Of a stretch of DNA of 64,000 nt, positions 60,413 through 64,000 are shown piece after piece. This stretch comes from Myxococcota bacterium (GTDB lineage Bacteria; Myxococcota_A; SURF-8). Every line of letters starts with the position of its first letter. Within the stretch, counting starts at the first letter, position 1. The stretch covers positions 2,208,001-2,272,000 of the forward strand of contig OZ223209.1 of the NCBI GenBank assembly GCA_965140415.1, read 5' to 3'. A program made the translations under genes and the position numbers. Under the pieces are notes generated by a model. It worked only from the letters and a program-made list of their open reading frames with translations, made no database searches and was not told where the DNA came from.

Positions 60413-61490
60413 ACAGCACGATACGAACGTAAAATTCCACCCAGGTCTGGCCGAGTTGGTCGTCCGCTCCGTTATCGCGGATGATGGCCCAGATCGGATA
60501 TAAATTGGGGTCCGTGCGGGCATCCACCGATTCCAGCCCGGTCTGGTCACTTTGTCCTTCTGTGGGATAGCGGTAGTGAGGCACAAGCCATTTCTGGTCC
60601 TGATCGCGGCGTCCAGTAAAGTCACCGTCTAAAGAAGCCCACTGGTAAAGGATATTGGTTTCCAGATCGCCTTCGTCTTCCACCTCAAGGTAGAAATACA
60701 GGACACCGTAGTTGCGTGTCAGCGAATAAATGAAGGGATTCGCCTGGGCGGCGGCACGTCTTGCTGCGATGTCTTCATCGTTGCTGGTCGTGAAAACCAG
60801 GGGGACACGCGCTCCGTCTTCACCGATATGAGCATAGACGGCGGATATTCTTGGATTCTTGTTTTTTTCATCGCGGGTGGAAACGACCAGGGTGCGATAG
60901 CTGGTGCGGGTGTTGGAGGATGCCAGAACCCGCTGAAATTCCTTTTCCATCGTTTCTGGATCTTGGAAATCGAGGGTTACCGTTTCCGTGGTCATAAGCA
61001 GCGCCAGCATCATCGGAGCCAGCCCGTTGCTATCAAAAGCAAAAGAATCGGCAGATGGAACCGTAAATGTGAAACTAGGGAAGAAGCCCATGCTGTCCAT
61101 ATCCAGCATGTCCAGCGAAAGGGGAGGCGTTTCGGTTTCGGCCTCCAGATCGCTGTCGCCATCGGCTGGTGGGCTGAACAGGGATTGGCTCATTTCTTCG
61201 TTGATCAGGGTCCATAGCTGCATCGAAGGAGTCAGCCGCCCTTCGGCATCGGCGGCTAAGAACGAAGCAGTTACTTCCTCTCCCGGAGCGGCTTCCGGTG
61301 GTGATAGTACAATGGAGAGCACTTCCGGTTTCTTGACGATGCCCACGGTCTCGTCTTCGAAGTTGGTTTCAAATGCCCCACAGGCGCCAAATGGAATCAG
61401 CAGCAGGGCGAGCAGTACGATTCGTAGCATCAGGATTCCCCTTTGCGAGGATTGTTTCATCTGTTGGCTCTTGATTTCGTTCATGATCAA
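60411..61490 (-). CDS. Hypothetical lipoprotein partner of TonB-dependent receptor (start uncertain: 61490, 61484 or 61431)
   Basis: Lipobox FGAC; PPEAAPGE, NKNPRI, WAIIRD..GQTW. Confidence 0.6.
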   Translation of the reverse strand: MIMNEIKSQQMKQSSQRGILMLRIVLLALLLIPFGACGAFETNFEDETVGIVKKPEVLSIVLSPPEAAPGEEVTASFLAADAEGRLTPSMQLWTLINEEMSQSLFSPPADGDSDLEAETETPPLSLDMLDMDSMGFFPSFTFTVPSADSFAFDSNGLAPMMLALLMTTETVTLDFQDPETMEKEFQRVLASSNTRTSYRTLVVSTRDEKNKNPRISAVYAHIGEDGARVPLVFTTSNDEDIAARRAAAQANPFIYSLTRNYGVLYFYLEVEDEGDLETNILYQWASLDGDFTGRRDQDQKWLVPHYRYPTEGQSDQTGLESVDARTDPNLYPIWAIIRDNGADDQLGQTWVEFYVRIVL

Positions 61491-63943
61491 AACTCCGCTC
61501 GCAAGCCGATAGACATCAGGAAGGGCAGTCCTTTGATCTCGTCCGATTCCGTGTAGTCATAGTTATAGACGGTTGCAATCGGATTGTTGTGGAAGTAGGC
61601 GTTTTGAATGTCGAAGTACAGTTTCAAGATCCAGGTGTTGTATATGAACGATTTGTCCAGCCTTAGATCTAATTGGTGGGAGGCTCCGGTTCGCTTGTTG
61701 TTCTTGTTACCCGAATCGAACAATGGCAGGTAGGTGCCGTTGTCGGCGTTCAGGATGTTTCCCAGGATTTCCGTGTATGGCGTGCCGCTGGAATATTGAA
61801 AGCGTGCGCCGATGCGCCAGGTTTTAAGAAATCCGTAGGATGCCACAACCACGAGATTGTGTGTCTGATCCAGATCGAAGTAGCGATACGAAGTGCCGGG
61901 ACCGTCCGTGCGCTTGGCCTGGGCGATGGAATAGCTGATCCAGCCGAAAAAGTTATTGCTGAAATCATGTCGGAGCAGAACTTCGCCACCATAGACGTAG
62001 CCTTTGCCACCGTTGTCGTAAATCAGGTTCGGGTTGTCTTCGTCTACTTCGTTGATACTGCTGACAAGATTGTCCAGCTTCTTGTAATAACCTTGAATAT
62101 CCAGGCTTAATGTGTCCGTGATCTGCCATTCCAAGCCCGCGACCACATGCAACGCCCGTTCGAATTCCAGCCCCTTATTGCCGTATGGTTCGTACACTTC
62201 ATCGAAATCGGGTTTCCGATGGTACAATCCAATGGATGCTTTGATCACCAGTGGGTCCAACACCTTGTAGCGCGCAATAAGCGAGGGGCTGATGGCGTAG
62301 GTTTCCAAGGTTGAGTAGTAGTCGAAGCGCAGGCCGGGTATGATGGTCAAACCTTTGTATTCGATGGTGTCATTCACATAGAAACCTGCCAGCAGATCGC
62401 TTTCGGTCATGTCGCTGCTGACCTTGTCGCTATTGGAAAACGAATAGCTTACGTCTCCTTCTTTAGGAGGACGAACGAGATTGGAGCGCGCCGTTCCGAT
62501 CGATGGTTCGAACTGGATGCCGAAAGCCAGGGTATTGGTTTTATTGATGCGAAAGAGCATGTGTTCGTAAATGTCAAACCGGACGGCGTCCAGATCGAAG
62601 AAATAGTCGTTACCGACTTTGGCGCTTAATTTGACATAGGACAAGCCGGGGGTGAAGTCCGATTCGAAATTCGGTGTAATGTGCCGATAGTGTAACACTA
62701 AACTGTGCGCTTGGGTTTGAAAACCGAGATCGCCCGTGAATTCCGGTTCGGTGTCGCTGACGAGGTTGGAAACCAGTTCCAGTTTGTCCAGCGAGCCATG
62801 AGCGTCGATGCTGATGCTGTTTAGTTTATCCAGTTGATAATGGAATTTGGCTTGATAATCGTAATAAACCGGCAGGGCGGTAAATTCCAGATCGTCGGTA
62901 AACGCACCCAGAAAAGGAGCCAGCCAGAGATCGATGACCGAGCGCCGGAAGGCGAAGGCAAACGAGCCTTTATCGTTTACCGGTCCTTCTGCCAATGCTG
63001 TAATGTCCAGTAGCGAAGTGTCGAAGTAGCCTCCCCAGCGATCGTCTCGCGGTTTACGGCTTTGCAACTCTACGATGCCTCCTGTTGCATTTTGGAACTT
63101 CGTGCCGAATCCGCCGGTGTACAGGTCGATCTGGTCAAGCAGGTCGGAATTGTAAACCGATTTGTAGCCGCCGAAATGGAACAGCAAGGGAATTTCGTGA
63201 CCATCCAGCATGATGCGGCTGTCTTCTGCGTTACTGCCGCGAATGACCAGCCCACCGCCTGCGATGACGCTGGAAACACCGGGAAGATTCTGCACGACCT
63301 TGACGGCGTCTCCTTGAGAACCGGGAATGACCTTGGCTTCTTCGATATTCAGCGTTTTTCGTGAAACTTCCTTTTTTACTTTCTGCCCGCGAACGACGAC
63401 TTCCAGTGTACCGACCACTTTGGGTTCCAGGTAGTACACGACTTCTATCGCTTCGCCATCATTGATTTCTTCCGTGGTTTCGAACAGATCGTAATCCATT
63501 GTCGGAATGACGACCGTATAGATATCTGCCGGAAGGTTTTTAAAGGCAAAGCGTCCTGACTTATTGGTTGTTGCCTCGAATTCCGTTTCTTTAAGATAGA
63601 TCGTAACGTAAGCTTTTGGCTTTCTCGATCCACGCTCTTTAACGATTCCCGAAAAGTTGATGACTCCCGTGCGTTGCTGGATATTGCTATCTTTGCTGCC
63701 GCCGGAAACCTCCTCAACGGCGAGAGCCGCTTCGTCTGCCACGGTTTCTCCTGAATCGGCTTCAGAATCCGTTTCAGTGGGATTCTCGATGTTTCCTGTG
63801 TCTTCTGTGGCAGAATCCGAAGTCGATTCGGTTTCTGGTGCCGCTGGATCAGCAGGCGATTCGGATTGCGCGAAGAGCGGCTGGGTAATCAACATTGCCA
63901 GCACCACAAAAAGGTATAATCGTATGGATGTCCAATAGGGCAT
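61487..63943 (-). CDS. TonB-dependent outer-membrane receptor with N-terminal carboxypeptidase-regulatory-like domain
   Basis: Signal peptide, plug VVQNLPGV..LVIRGS..LFHFGG, barrel GLRFDYY, ends IGLRAEF. Confidence 0.9.
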   Translation of the reverse strand: MPYWTSIRLYLFVVLAMLITQPLFAQSESPADPAAPETESTSDSATEDTGNIENPTETDSEADSGETVADEAALAVEEVSGGSKDSNIQQRTGVINFSGIVKERGSRKPKAYVTIYLKETEFEATTNKSGRFAFKNLPADIYTVVIPTMDYDLFETTEEINDGEAIEVVYYLEPKVVGTLEVVVRGQKVKKEVSRKTLNIEEAKVIPGSQGDAVKVVQNLPGVSSVIAGGGLVIRGSNAEDSRIMLDGHEIPLLFHFGGYKSVYNSDLLDQIDLYTGGFGTKFQNATGGIVELQSRKPRDDRWGGYFDTSLLDITALAEGPVNDKGSFAFAFRRSVIDLWLAPFLGAFTDDLEFTALPVYYDYQAKFHYQLDKLNSISIDAHGSLDKLELVSNLVSDTEPEFTGDLGFQTQAHSLVLHYRHITPNFESDFTPGLSYVKLSAKVGNDYFFDLDAVRFDIYEHMLFRINKTNTLAFGIQFEPSIGTARSNLVRPPKEGDVSYSFSNSDKVSSDMTESDLLAGFYVNDTIEYKGLTIIPGLRFDYYSTLETYAISPSLIARYKVLDPLVIKASIGLYHRKPDFDEVYEPYGNKGLEFERALHVVAGLEWQITDTLSLDIQGYYKKLDNLVSSINEVDEDNPNLIYDNGGKGYVYGGEVLLRHDFSNNFFGWISYSIAQAKRTDGPGTSYRYFDLDQTHNLVVVASYGFLKTWRIGARFQYSSGTPYTEILGNILNADNGTYLPLFDSGNKNNKRTGASHQLDLRLDKSFIYNTWILKLYFDIQNAYFHNNPIATVYNYDYTESDEIKGLPFLMSIGLRAEF

Positions 63944-64000
63944 TCGGGTTACTCCGTCGGATGCGGATGTCAGTTTTCGAGTACGAAACGGTACGGAATT

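Overview
A 64 kb gene-dense chromosomal segment of a Gram-negative bacterium. Gene repertoire (acidic lipoproteins, sigma-54 and ECF regulators, multi-domain DsbA, TonB receptor-lipoprotein pair) suggests a Deltaproteobacteria/Myxococcota-like organism; this is inference only. I found no rRNA, tRNA, CRISPR array, transposase, integrase or phage gene. Contents in order: a divergent ClpX-like ATPase; a ~12 kb cell-surface operon (HEAT-like exported protein, 2052-aa acidic modular lipoprotein with OB-fold-like repeats, lamin-tail-like domains, DGD linkers and a duplicated defensin/LNR-like Cys module, 5'-nucleotidase lipoprotein, OB-fold-like lipoprotein, probable outer-membrane barrel); a REP/REPIN-like element; a DegT aminotransferase + UPF0104 pair; a sigma-54 module (Cys-rich miniprotein, gdh, kinase, NtrC-type regulator) divergent from a receiver/PEP-synthase-like protein; assorted metabolic genes; a PDO/triple-DsbA redox pair; galT-glgA; an ECF sigma/anti-sigma/outer-membrane triad; TetR with a HlyD gene cut off exactly at the nadB stop codon; nadB, lon, rpoH-like, glgP; and a TonB receptor-lipoprotein pair. 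The best candidates for an undescribed system are the surface nucleic-acid/nucleotide capture operon (1.2-13.1 kb) and the GDH regulatory module (15.6-23.9 kb). All domain calls are by-eye motif recognition, not database hits.
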